Shown here piece by piece: positions 10,772-24,088 of a DNA stretch of 33,696 nt (its first letter is position 1; each line of letters opens with the position of its first letter). A program made the position numbers and the translations under genes. The stretch is taken from contig NC_068988.1 in the NCBI RefSeq assembly GCF_001194135.2, forward strand, positions 39,746,734 to 39,780,429. The letters are read 5' to 3'. The stretch is from Octopus bimaculoides (Eukaryota). Below the pieces are notes generated by a model. That model saw only the letters and a list, made by a program, of their open reading frames with translations. It was not told where the DNA came from and ran no database searches.

Positions 10772-11626
10772 GTAAATGATATATACATACATGTACATAT
10801 GAATATATATTTGGATGCACATTTAAGTTACAGATAATAATTCTCTTCAAGTATAAAACTAAAATACTGTTAACATTATAATTTTCACTCGGTATGGTAG
10901 TTGTTTTTCGAGTCTCATCTTGAAAAAAATTAGAAATGCATTTGTTTCCATGAACTCAGGTCAATAATATGTTTAGACAACCTGACGCAGTAAATGTTGT
11001 ATCTGATAATTCTGTTTTACTTTAATATTCAACCGATGAACCGAGCTTTTAATTTTATTCGTGTCATACAATGCCTCATAAGATAATTAATTTCTAAAGC
11101 TCTCTGATTCAGCAGCCTTGTCGATATATTGGAATAATCATCTTATTCAGAATATATGCCGTTTGTCCAGAAGCGGTTTTTCTAAAATAAAAGAACGTGT
11201 AATTTCACAGTCTGGAATATATTGAATTACCATAAAAGATTAGTGGTGTACTTTCTCTTGTCGTATTTAAATAAAATTAGCATGTAACGTTTATATTTCT
11301 TACGTTGGTTCCATTGATTCCAATAACGTGCATATTAAAGTCACAGATATGAGAAATATGTTAGTCATTCCAGGATAATAATTGCTGCTAGAAATTTAAA
11401 GTAATTATTCTTACATAACATTCTCATTTAACTCATTAAGAATAGGAGCGGATTTTTTCTGTTAAATCTGGTCACCATTTATTCAGCAGCTATATGGTAA
11501 AAAAGCGTTCCGATCCTGATTATCATGATGTTTTTTATAACAGAGATATCACTATTTAATATTCAAGTTTTAAGACTGTGGTTGCTAAGGCGTATTACTT
11601 GGTTTGTTTTGTTTCTACACGTATAG

Positions 11627-11664
11627 CGACTATACAGAGGCTTTTGCTGCATTACATGTAGAAG
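11627..11664 (+). CDS. Candidate 38-nt exon (DYTEAFAALHVE) of an unknown gene
   Basis: Polypyrimidine tract GTTTGTTTTGTTTCTACACGTATAG| and strong donor GAAG|GTATGT; open reading frame. No protein family recognised. Confidence 0.33.
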
Positions 11665-14600
11665 GTATGTTAAATTTTGGAAGATGCAAGATTAAGTTGA
11701 CTATTATAGAAGTTAAGGGTTCGGTGAACCATGTGCCCGAACTTTGTGCGATTCCATTTTGAATGACTTTTGCTTTACGTTCTTTTCCTTATTTAGATGT
11801 TATACCAGTAAATGCTCTTACCTCACCTGATTTTATGTAATTTAAACATATTTGTCAAAGAAATTAGTTCTGAGCAAATTGGTTTTAATGTAATAATCCC
11901 CAATTGCTATAACAGTTCCTTATCAGGATTACATCTTTCTGAATAAGATAGTATATTTATATTTAGACTACGTTAAAGCATGAAGACAAAACTAGATATT
12001 GTTTCCCACTCCCGATCAGTTCTAATCACTCAAACCTGTAATCAGTTCCATCCAGCTACGCAACTTTTTATACTTTGCATATCAAATCTTATATTATCGG
12101 ATGCAAACTATATCCTTACTTTTTAAAGAGGGTTTGTAGTGGTTTGAAAGAGATTTGATTGAAATTTCTACATAATCGAGTGACCATGTAGACACAATGC
12201 CGCTATATGTTCGCATGCATTTTGTAAAATGTGAAGAAAGAGACAGTGCGTTTATAGTTGAACGTTCTTGTTTTCATATGTTGTAGATACCTTGTTATTC
12301 AAGAACTGACAAACAATAGATTGTTATAAATTTTTGAATAAGCACAATTTAAATAACTAACCTGCAGAATCTAACACTAAAATCTTTAGGTCTTTACCGA
12401 TTGAAGCAATATGTCCAAGTCATGGCCTTGGGAATGTAATAATTCTGGGAGTACATACGAGAGACAATTAACCATTTCAATTATCTCAACAATATTAATG
12501 TAGACGTAGGGTCACCGCTGAATTCTACCTTCATGGATAGCAGCTAATATAAATCTAGTAGTTTGTTCCAATAATTTCCAGTCTATAATTTTAGATTTTA
12601 GCATTTATCACAAATCTACACTTGCAGGTATTGAATTCTGGATTGGTACTTATTGCTCTGCTTTTGGCGAGTTGCTTGTTTAGCGTGGCTCGTTATTCGT
12701 ACAATACGGCGTCAATTTGCAGTGAGATAGACGAATCTGTTTGAGCTAGGTCTTTTTTCCTACGGATACCCCGCAGTTCCTGAGAAGCCTCAAACTGCTA
12801 AGTTCTCAATTAAGTTTTCTGTATCTTATCATCTCAGTCATTCAAACACCAGTTTTATACATACCACAGAGCAGACGAAAATGTATAATATAAAATAAAA
12901 AAAGTACCGGCATCATATGATTTTGTAGTGAAGTGTATATACGATTAGTAAATTAAATTGGATCTGGCGAGATAATACAATTATTTCTGGTCGAATATAA
13001 ATTCAGAGAGTAGAGAAGCAGATCACACTACTATAGACATTTTTCTACATCCAAACACTTCAGTTCCTTTACTGTTCTGTATTATATTTAACATTTATAA
13101 TTTAATAAAGTGTACACCAATTTATTTCTGTACATAAAAGAGAGAGAGCTGCTATAACAATAATATAATGTTAATGGCCTGTAATATAATTTAAACGAAA
13201 GTATTCATTCAACCAATATACTAATTGAACAACATATGTGTGCGTAAGTATTTAGTATATGCAGCTGAAACGGAATTAGAATAAACATATATACAACTTT
13301 GAAAGGTATGACACTGGATTTTGTCTGGGAAAATCTTCTTCACACATACTGTGCGTAATATAATACAACACGAGTATGACAAGCAAGACGAACACCGACC
13401 CATATTTACATCATCAGACACATTTTCTTCTTCTTGGGCCGAGTCAGTGACAATCTCTTTTTTTTTTTTTTTTGCCTGTTACATGCCTCGTTGAAATCCT
13501 TTTTCATTTGGTGCTTAGGAAACTGAATAATACATGTAAAATGTCTAGAAAAGCCTGGTGAGTAAATCGAAATTTGGTAGGTCTTCAGTAATCTCAGTTT
13601 CCTATATATATTGAAGGAAATAGATTTCATTTCGTTATGAGACTAGGGAGCTCACGGTATTTAAAAGGACCAAGAAGGCTGAAGGAGGCTGGATGTTCTC
13701 GAGAGTTACCGTTGGGACTATGTTCATCTCGCCCCGATGTTTGCTGTTTCGTAGCACAGCTTTTCTTTGAAGGCTTTTCAGACACACATAGAGCCATACC
13801 TTTCAAAGATGCAATTATGTTAAGTAGGCTCTGTCTGTCTGTCTCTCTGCGTATACGTTTTTAGCTACCCATACTTTCTCCCTTCCTTCCTCTCAAAAGA
13901 ACCACCAAGGAAGCCGAAATATGATTGCTTGGTTCGCTAGAAAATGTCACCAAAACTTTCTCGTATTGACTGCTTAATGGACATGAACAACGGACTGAGT
14001 AATGTAGTCCCAGATACGGTGTTTTAAAAAAAAGAGTAAGGTGGTCATTGATGAAATGCGATTGATTCTATATCTATTCTACCTGTGCGGTCCTTAAGTA
14101 ATATTAAAAACATGCAAATCCCAATTTTACCTTTTATTCTTTACTGTACTCCTTAAACTGATATACTTCTACAACTACACTAGTTTAAGGTATTTTGGAA
14201 ACTATATCTCGTGCCACTTCTAATCAGGCCTTCTGGATATATTTGTCTCTCGTCACACGATATTGTGTATACACACTCAAGTATTGAATAAAAATTTCTC
14301 AGTTCACTCTTCCCAGAAATTCCCCTGCTATCCATGTCTTCCTCGTGGTCGCAGGTTTTGTTCGAGAATAACATGAGCTACATCGTTTTCGTAAATCTAG
14401 GATGACATATTCCTTCACAGCATAGCATTAAAAACAAAATTACTCGTCATCTTAGCGAAATTTTGTTTCAAAAATTAATATTTCATGTTGAAATAGAAAC
14501 AATTTCAACCCTTACAGCAGGTTAAGCAAATTACATAAAAATGAAATAATCTAAGAGGAGAACTACAATGAGACATAGGAATGAACTTCGATAAATAAAT

Positions 14601-16299
14601 TTAAGGAATCATTTACTGAATGAGGTACAGACACAAAATTAGAAAGTTCGCTTAGTGGAGAACTATAACATAAATTTAGCGGCAATTGTTAGAAACTTCT
14701 AAAAGAAAGGGAAGATAATATCAAGAATTTTAAATTAATTTACATGCTATGCTTAGAGGAAAATACTAAAATTATATGTCTTTCCTGAATATATCCTTAT
14801 AGCTGTCTAAAAACTAATTCCGAAATAACTTGTGCGATATATTTTAGTAGGCAGTCATTATTAACATGGGGTGCGATATATGGAAATTTGGCTCCAAATT
14901 GTAGCGGTCGCTTACCGACCTATATTAATAGGCAACAAATTCGATGGCCATGCGTGAAATATTGAGCACAATTTATTTTCTATAGCATGCCGCCGACCAA
15001 TAAATTACGCGTGAAAACTGACGGAGACTGTATAGAAACATGGCGTACAGAGTGTAAGTCAAAGCAGCAGCCTTGACACACTGTATTCCTGAAATTATGC
15101 CTGAGAATTATGTAAAGGTTTCACGACTGTTGAACTCTGGGGTTATTTACGCGTAAATTCAGGAGTGGCTAATTCAGTTGATATCATTATCAAACGACAA
15201 AGTCAGCCATATGGCTGTGGATAACGGAAGTTACAGAACGTAGGACAAAATATTATTTAAATGTTAGTTCAAACAGAGTCAGACTAGAAATAAATATATC
15301 AGTTTGAACAAATCGGTGTTGTAATCGAGTTACGGCACATTAGCAGCTACAAAATATCGAAATAGGTACACATATTTTGTAGTTTAATTCAAAAGTCGTA
15401 CAAAGTCACTTATATAACTAAAAGTACTTTTAGAGAATGACTTGCTAATATTGGTATCTGTAATATAACTTAATGACCTACAACACATGATTTTTTGTTC
15501 ACTGTTGTCTCGCTGTAGATGGCAATGGAGTAATGACAATTGCACCTAATCAAATAATTTCAAAACTAGCACTCGTTTTAGTGGCAAATTTGTTCCCGGG
15601 CTTAGGTTTTCGAAACTTTTTTTTTTACCGAAAAGACAGATCAAATACAATTTTATAGGAAAACAGTTCATAGTCTCGTAAAAATCTCCACATGGGTCAA
15701 AATTGTTTAGTGTACATTTATAGAGTTACTAACGTTAGGAAACCATACACTATAAAAGGTAAGACATGATTATTCATTATTTTTAATTACAAATCTTAAT
15801 TTAAAAATATACCTCATTTTTTTAATTCCTTATAATTCACAAATTTTGCCCAATATAAAATGTTAACCGCAGTAGTTACATATTTTGTTGCTTAATGCAT
15901 AAAAAATTGAGATTTCAGAATCGATAGAGTATCGAGCAAAACATTCCTTCACGACATGAATAGGAACGTTGTCAGAAATGATTCTATTGTTCATTCTTCC
16001 ATGGTCTATATGTGCTAGCCATATACCATATTCGAAATAATCGATTATGCACATATGCAAGTAACGATGAGTGGGTGCATTTTAAAAACGTCAGTTTTAT
16101 CTTAAGCGATTCGACTGATGGAGTACATTATAAATGCATTTGGGTGTTCATATCCAAGAAATAAATTCATCTGAATCAGTTTGGAGTACTTTGCGACCCA
16201 TTACCAGGAGAATTTCCCAGTTTAAGATTTTCAAGATATATGTGATATTTATCACCTCTTTCCAGCAGAAATCTACGATACAATTTAGTTATTTATATA

Positions 16300-16530
16300 T
16301 CACATAATTTCATTTAGGTATCAAAAAAAAGCTCCTGGAATTTTGCCGTGTGCCCAGAAAACTATTTTCAGTCACATATGCGGAAAAATCTGTCATCCTC
16401 ATCTTAAACCTAAGATGTGTTTCAAGGTTGCTAGATTATGTCCAAAACAGAAGTATGAAGACAGATTAACAAAAAATAATCTTTTGGAATTAGCATATTC
16501 AGAAGTGCAATCTTAAACATGTGCCAGATT
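16300..16530 (+). mobile_element. Possible hAT (SPIN/EPM2AIP1-like) transposase C-terminal relic
   Basis: Across frameshifts: LLEFCRVPRKLF...KQKYEDRLTKNNLLELA, resembling LLEFY...KxKYRxRLT. Weak, judged by eye. Confidence 0.35.
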
Positions 16531-17072
16531 CACACAGTTTCTTCTTTTAGGTTTTGTTCAACTTTTGTTTGGCTACTCCGTTTATTTGCTAAATTAAAAA
16601 AAAAATTAAAATATTTATTTTAATATTTATTTCGACTGACAGTATGTTTTAGAAATGTGTGTGTGTGTACATCTGTGTATACACACACAATGCGGAAAAT
16701 GTATGAACATCTGATGCACGGCATTTGCAATTATTCGCTTACCTTCAGTAATTAAAAAGCATAATCTGAAAAATACTTGAGTTTAAACTAATCGATGAAG
16801 CAGATATTTTTAAAAGCAGAAATTAAAACAGAAGTGAAAAATGTTTAGAGTTAAATATTGATTTCTATTTTTTAAACTATTTATGATGCTTTGAAATGGG
16901 TGGCTAAGTTTTTGAGCAGTTAATTTTTCGTGAAAAGTAGACACCATTGATAGAGATAATGAGATGGACAAAAGTTTAAACAGTTGCAAAATTATAGAAG
17001 ATGGCTGGGTATCAGGTTTTTCCGAAATCGGTTATATTATATAAAGAGAGCAGTTTACAAATTTTCGAAGAT

Positions 17073-17312
17073 TTAGGGTGTAGTTCACATGCGCATTAGA
17101 TCGTGGTTTCGATCACCGGAGTTGGCGGTGGGGTGTGTTCATGAGCAAATCAATTGCTTTCACTTTGCTTTTCAGTCCACTCAGACGTTGTTTCGGAGTG
17201 GAACCCTGTTCAAAGGAGTTGTCGTGATCTCGTAACTTACACACCATGGAAACCGGATAGCCAGACCTGTTAGTCTTAGGACACTACAGTAATGTCCAAA
17301 TGGATAGGAGTA
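17073..17312 (+). mobile_element. tRNA-derived SINE (family 3), head truncated, inside arm A
   Basis: GATCGTGGTTTCGATCACCGG (B-box-like), GTGTTCATGAGCAAA, CAGTCCACTCAG, CCATGGAAACCGG; matches 30128-30385 on the minus strand. Confidence 0.75.
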
Positions 17313-18291
17313 ATAAAGAATAATTATAGAATTACGGTTGGAGAGCATGACTTCGGTGATTATAATTTTTATATCATTTTAGACCTTTATCATAGTGATT
17401 TCGAAATTTAATTACAGTTGCTGGTACGAATTCGAGAATTTTTTTTTTTGTATTCAACTTTTTAAATGATGCAAGTTTTGAAGAACAAGTGATATATTCG
17501 GTATGCATAAGCTTTGTTGAAATTTATAGTAAACAAATATTTGATCTGTTTAAATTCCAGTTTAAAAACAACTACAACAGAAACCCCTGAAACAGACGAG
17601 AAAATACTTCTATGAAAGGTTAATAGTATCTTTAGTGTTGCGCAGAACTTCCGATCTGATATAAATATGTGCATATTTATTTCGATTGTCCATTTGTATT
17701 TTGAAAAAGATTTGTCTACACGTATATAATGCATATTGAATATGGATTTTCATGTCATGCTTGAAATTTAAATAAGTGCATATTTAGTTCATTACAAACT
17801 ACAAATGAACGAAATATATATATACACATTAATATAGCTGCATGTATATATACACACACTCAGGAATACGTAACAATGCATGTATTTACTGTATGCTTTG
17901 CGCATTAGATTGTTGATGTCTACACTACATTTTCATTGCTCAGTGGCATGCATATTTTCTATAACCAGATCATAAACAATATATTTTCATCGGTTCTGTG
18001 TTAGATCGACAAACACAGTACAATATTTATATGATATGCAATAGAATTATTAATTCCACACTAGAAATACATTTTAATCTTATATAAAACACTCAGATTA
18101 AATAGAGCGGAGGTGACAAATATTAGTGCTTAGGTTTTTCAGTACAATTAATTGAATATTTGCTGTAAAATAAAGCATTCTGCTTTAAGTTTTACTTCAA
18201 GCTAAAACGTTAATTTTAAGCGAGTTGATTATATAATGTATAGAATCTGCACTAGACTGTTAATGGTATTAATTTTGTGTTATTTGTTTAG

Positions 18292-18338
18292 AACTCATCG
18301 ACAACGAGACTCACTTCGTTACTATTGCACTAATGTAA
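18292..18338 (+). CDS. Candidate terminal exon (ELIDNETHFVTIALM* in phase 1, or NSSTTRLTSLLLH* in phase 0)
   Basis: Acceptor TTTTGTGTTATTTGTTTAG| is kept in arm B (29055-29054, minus); AATAAA at 18497-18502 is kept at 28868-28873 (minus). Confidence 0.27.
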
Positions 18339-18789
18339 AGACTGTAGTGTCCTGTAACGATGATTTTAAAATATTGTAGGCTGTCTATATAGCTAGGCGA
18401 TAACTCATACAGACTTAGAACAATTAATGGGCTACATATTGTTGGCATTTAGAATTATACAAATATGAAAGAATTAAGTGTGGGCTAGTGTAAAATAATA
18501 AATGACAGCAAATTCAATATATATGATGCTATTTATTTTCTATAATAATATTTTAAAGAACAAATTTCCCTGATAGAATTAACTATATAACTAATATGTT
18601 ACTTTCGCCTCAAACTCTTAACAGAAGAAATTAAACCAATATACACCACTACGCAAAATGTGTGTAGATTTATGGACACACTCTCAAATTCAAAATTACT
18701 CATAAACAATCGGACACAGATCTACCGAATCATGGACATACGCATTAATACTGTACGACACGTCACATAAACACATACAGGCGTATATA

Positions 18790-18898
18790 TTTTTCAGAGC
18801 CAGAGAGTGTTTGTTTGCGTGTGTGCTTGCGTGCGTGTGTGTATGTGTGTGTGTGTGTGTGTNNNNNNNNNNGTTTGCGTGTGTGCTTGCGTGCGTGT

Positions 18899-18930
<32 letters not shown>

Positions 18931-19016
18931 CTGTGTGTGTGCGTGCGTGTGTGTGTGTGTCTGTGTGTATGTGTGTGGCTGTGTGTATGTGTGTGTGTGT
19001 GCGTGCATGTGCGTGT
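18790..19016. repeat. Imperfect (TG)n/(TGCG)n microsatellite spanning a 10-N gap
   Basis: Seen directly. Confidence 0.93.
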
Positions 19017-19089
19017 TCAATTATGAACCAAGTATTCTTATCAATTATCATTGAATGGTTTCCGATTGCAAATTAATGCGATCACTTGC

Positions 19090-19740
19090 CCAGAAATATA
19101 GAAGTAAACATTGAGTTCTCTGTTGATCTGATTTGCAATCTTTGTATGTCGTTTCATAAGAACTTTCCTCTCCCTAGGAATCTTGTTCTTATGTGAAGTG
19201 GCCTTTCTCTCTGGAACTAACTTGTAGCATATAGCTTACATTACGGATATGAATACTTTGTCGGTGTCAGGTTCTGAGATATTGGGACCAATCCTGTTTG
19301 ATCTTTCTCAATTGATTTCCATTCTGCTTCGTGGAAGTTTAGATTGGATAGATTTTGGGTGCTTCTCGTAGGCTGCATGTATGCAGATTCCTTTGGTCCG
19401 TACGTGGTCACTTTCATGATATGGATGAGATCCATATTGTTTGTGAAGCAGACATCAAGTGTATTGTTTGCAGTGGTTGGTTGGAGTATTACTTGTTCCA
19501 AATATAAATTGTTGGTGAGGTTGAGATTGGATTCCACCTGAATTTGCTCACATTGCGCCATTCCTAAGAGAAAAAGGCATTGAGTCCATTCTAGATTTCG
19601 CAGGCTGAAATCTATGAGAAGTACAATGTTGTTCTAGTTTGGTTAAGGTTTCTATTTTTGTAAGGTAGTGTTCAAATAAGCCCGTGTGATTTGGAGCACC
19701 TGGTGGGCAATAAGGGTACATATAACGAAATCTAGTTGTG
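19090..19740 (-). mobile_element. CR1/L2-group LINE fragment (AP endonuclease C-half and linker)
   Basis: YCPPGAP (YRPP), IVLLIDFSL.NLEW (ILLGDFNL), LEQVILQPTTANNTLDVCFTNN (PTRxxNxLDLxFTN), NLNFHEAEW, NKIPRERKVLMKR. Confidence 0.85.
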
Positions 19741-22700
19741 TTATATGTACAATTAGTCACATAGTGAGTTTGAGTGTGACAAAAGGAGCTACGTGTATCC
19801 TTTACATATGTAAGAGCGTGAGAGCGTTAAACTTTTACGGCAAGCAATTTATGAGATGCGTCACAAAATTGGTTCCTATTTATAACTAAAAAAAGTTTCT
19901 CTTCAATAATGTTTTTCTAATTCTGCATTATTTCAATTACTAATGCTGCCCTACCGAAGCATGGTTTGAACATTAGGACTTCAAATTTCCAATTTCATGC
20001 GGTTCTGAAGAATTGCTTTTATATAATGAGAACAATAAGAAATACAAATGAATTTTAAAACAGCATTTCGCTGTGAAACACAAGTCAAATATTGTAACGT
20101 TTATATAGAGTGACTAAGTTTAACATACTTATAAAGATTATAATCTGCTTATGGAATCTATACCTAGCTGTTCTTCTTTAGTTGCTGTCTTCTTTGAAAC
20201 TCTTTGTTATAGTCAATGTGTTCAGTACGACAAAACGAAAATACAAATCAAAGAATCAAATATACCCCTCGTCCTATGATACTACCAATCACTTAATACA
20301 CAAAGAAAGAGTTAGCCAACAGTGAAACGAACAATTATATATAAATTTTAAAATTATCGAATTACCCTACAAATAGCTGAATTGATGAATAGAAAATATA
20401 AAAGGGATTTATATTCTGTATAGATCATTAGAATCAACTTAAAAATAAAGTTAATACACTGATCAATAACATTTCACTCGATTCATGACCTTACTCATAA
20501 TATATAGATCTAATTAGTGAATAGCACAGTAGAAAGTCCAAAGGGAAAATATGAAATAATTAGTGTAATCATTAAAATTTTAGCGCATTAGCGAAAATAC
20601 AAAAGTAGATATATTGAAGATTTCAAAATATATAATTATCCTATAATGAAATAATATCACCCGATTAGTAAATAATTTAGCGGTCCCTTGCATCAATATA
20701 ACCATGCATAATGATTCCGTCATGACTAATTCAACAAATATAATGATGCTATACTTCGCTGATTACGTCTAATATTGCCTAAACACATCTTAACGAAATG
20801 GTTGCAATAATGCTAGTTATTGAGCTTAAGTTCTCTCCCTAGTATTTCTAATTAGATTTTGTTTGCATTAAATATTTTCACTCTACTTATTTCTCGATAT
20901 AAAAGGGCTGAAATCTCAAAATCAGAAAATACTTTCATATTAATGAGTTTATTCATTTAAAAAGGTTCAGACAACAACATAAATGTTATAGATTGGAGAC
21001 CTTTAGAGTTATCAAAATTATTCAATAAAAGATCACAATATAAATGATACTATTTAATATGAAAGGAATTATCATTTACCATATAAATAAATTTTACAAT
21101 TAAGATCTTCTCCTATACATGCTCATCGAACTAGGAAATATCTTTCAGGCAATAATTGATGTCTAACATCAGAATGTGTGCGAATTAAACGAAAATTAAA
21201 ATAGAGTTTGAGGATGAAAAATACAAAAGATGAATCTGCAATTTAAAATTTATTTCTAAGAGATTATAGTGATAATAGAAAATATACTGCAAATATCGGA
21301 CAAAACGTTCATAATTAAATTTCTTATGGTTTATCTCTGTTAAAACGTAATATTTGTTACGGTAGATTCAAGGCGATCTTTTCCACCTAAAAAATGTAAT
21401 CTAATTTGATATTTTGTACCGTCATACACTTTATAGCATATTAATTTTACACCATCTGTTTTGAATATGAATACATACTTCCTCCTGAATTTAATCATGT
21501 TTTCAACCTATTATCAGAAATATATGAACTTATTACAGTAGCTGAATACTAGATAAAAAGGAATAGCAAAAATACTCAGCTTATAATTTTCCGCTGGATT
21601 TTTATGTTTATCGAATCAATATATTCAATTATAACGAGAATCATTGAATAAGTAATTTTTTCCTATAATAAAACAATAATTCTACTTTTCCGTCAATAGA
21701 ATTCACATCACTTAAACTGCTATTCATCTTAAAATCGTACACTATTGCACTGCTGCCTTGCCAAAATATACTACTATTATATTATAGAAGATTAAAATCA
21801 ATCACGTATAATCAAACAGTCGCCCTTACATAAGATTGTGAAGGCTCATGACCTACAGGTTAGAACATTGAAGTCATCCTCAATAAGTTACGGGGTTGAA
21901 GGCGCGGAAACCGGGATGATGTCCATGCTGCTCACGATTTCTCAGGAATAGAAAAAGATTAGCATTTGCATGGTAAATAATTTTGTCATTCCTGCCTGCG
22001 AGTGGCAGCTGTAGTTTTATAGCACATAACAATAAAAGCTGATTCTTCTCAGTATGCATTTGGGTTATCTTGATCCACCACTCGTAACCACTTACTATTG
22101 GAAATACAATGAATGTAATGAGAAATACAAGAAAATTCAAATAGGTGTGAATTGAAAAATAACCGATTACAATTTTTAATAGCAACAAAATTCTACACTT
22201 TAAAAAATGCTATTACCATTGTATACATTTTTTTCTTATATATTTAGATACGTATTTTGCGTATTTTCGCGCAAATTAATATGTTACTCGATTCATAAAT
22301 GTATATTTTCAGAAAATATTGGCTACTTTATCGTTCCTTGTTACATGATTTATCAACTGAGATAAAAAATAAGAAACGAAAAGCAGACTATGTGAAGTAA
22401 ATCGGTTAGAATCTAGAGATTAGAAGTGTACATCATACGAAAAGAGACCACAACTTTCAAACCAGAGGAATTCTTTTTCTGACAAAAAGAATATTTTTAT
22501 TTTTCGGAGATGGGAGAGTTTTAACTGAAAAGACGAACAATTTATCGACTTCTACTATTAATCTTTTATTGAAAAAGGAAACAGGAACACAGCTTGCTGT
22601 CAAAATGTACTCCACTGTATTAGTTGTATTTATAATCTAAGATACCTTTTTCAGGGTAACTGTTTCACAGAAGTATACACATGTATTTACCCATTAAATT

Positions 22701-23549
22701 ATAGTTATTAAATGTATACGGGCCAACAAAAGCCGCTAAGTCGCTGTTCAACCTGCAAGAAATAAGCCAAATTGTTGCCAAGAAACAGTCTACCACTTTA
22801 CACAAAGATATATTTCATGATGTGATCCCAGATAGGCTTTTCTTAATAGACCAAATAGATGGGACGACTACAACATGAATATCTTCCATCATAGGTTTTC
22901 TATCACAAGAATGACTAGGAAAAAATACAGGTATCTAAGAGTATATCAAATGGCTATTCTATATTAATTTTTGATGCAACAAACACCATTCAAATGCAAT
23001 ATCGTCGACCAAAAGTAAAAATAAGCAGTTATGACGCATTATGTGACACAGAAATCTATGCATTTTTGTGTTACTAAAAATCGAATGGGAAACCAGAATG
23101 AAAGAGCATATTTAGGACATCGATGTTCGAACATACTTGATGCACACGATGAAATCGTAAGAATAAAATGTTCAGTTCCTAATATGCATTGATCATGAGT
23201 AAAATACACACCATTGAAAAATGCAATATAACTTGAAGAATAATTGTCAAATATACAGAATCTTTGAAACGCCTAGTTTAGAATAGAGGCAGCTGACGAA
23301 GGAAAAATTCCATAAGTGGCTCGTCTGTTTTCCTATGGGTTCGCTCTGTTGTCTGTAAACAAAGTCCGTTTTTGTGCGTTTTGTTCCCGTTTATTTTTCT
23401 GACGTCCTGTACCCGGATATGCATCTATATATACATGTAGATGTAGGTATGTACATATATGTATGTATACGTGCATATACTCATATATCATTTGTATTAT
23501 ATATATATATATATATATGCACACATATGCATATATATATTCTTTTTTT

Positions 23550-24071
23550 CTTTTACTGGTTTCAGTCGTTTGACTGTGGCCATGCTGGAGCACCGCCTTT
23601 AGTCGAACGAATCAACCCCAGGACTTATTCTTTGTAAGCCTAGTACTTATTCTATCAGTATTTTATGTCGAACCACTAAGTTACAGGGACGTAAACACGC
23701 CAGCGTCGGTTGTCAAACGTTGGTGGGGGACAAACAGCGACACACAAANNNNNNNNNNNNNNNNNNNNNNNNNNNNNNNNNNNNNNNNNNNNNNNNNNNN
23801 NNNNNNNNNNNNNNNNNNNNNNNNNNNNNNNNNNNNNNNNNNNNNNNNNNNNNNNNNNNNNNNNNNNNNNNNNNNNNNNNNNNNNNNNNNNNNNNNTATA
23901 TATATTTACGACGGGCTTTTTTCAGTTTCCGTCTACCAAATCCACTCACAAGAGTTTGGTCGGCCCGAGGCTATAGTAGAAGACACATGCCCAAAGTGCC
24001 ACGCAGTGAAACGGAACCCGGAACCATGTTGTTGAGAAGCAAGCGTTTTACCACACTAACACGCCCACGCC
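23550..24071 (-). mobile_element. Family 1 SINE, well-preserved copy; internal microsatellite is an N gap
   Basis: TTTCAGTCGTTTGACTGTGGCCATGCTGGAGCACCGCC...GTAAACACGCCAGCGTCGGTTGTC...[N]...ACGACGGGCTT...CCAAATCCACTCACAAG...GGAACCCGGAACCATG...CACGCC; same layout as 1781-2293. Confidence 0.92.
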
Positions 24072-24088
24072 GATACAGATAAGAAGCA

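Larger units (their letters stand above)
16650..18635 (+). repeat. Arm A of a ~2-kb inverted duplication (partner 28738-30850)
   Basis: Collinear exact reverse-complement anchors: 16707-16726/30781-30800 (20 nt), 16837-16864/30656-30683 (28 nt), 17735-17756/29595-29616 (22 nt), 17795-17815/29513-29533 (21 nt), 18367-18382/28954-28969 (16 nt). Confidence 0.95.

Noticed and set aside
12628-12721. Exon read as C-type-lectin-like FWIG or as a transmembrane segment (VLNSGLVLIALLLASCLF)
   Set aside because: Single short motifs with a weak acceptor; kept only as an alternative in the exon-chain finding.
11960-12900. Minus-strand RT-like GRIQ-GDPTS and RTE-end-like DREW motifs, plus a mariner-TIR-like stretch near 12095
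   Set aside because: No recognisable YADD and the spacing does not fit one element; too weak to call.
14340-14400. Minus-strand IYENDVAHVIL resembling the trypsin NDIAL motif
   Set aside because: Flanked by stops; no other protease motifs nearby.
18813-18922. Identical ~50-bp copies on each side of a 10-N gap
   Set aside because: Typical unmerged contig overlap, an assembly artefact.
23293-23335. CTGACGA-A-GGAA/AAA/TTCC-CATA as a second hammerhead
   Set aside because: GAAA has two changes and stem I does not pair in register; at most a dead relic.
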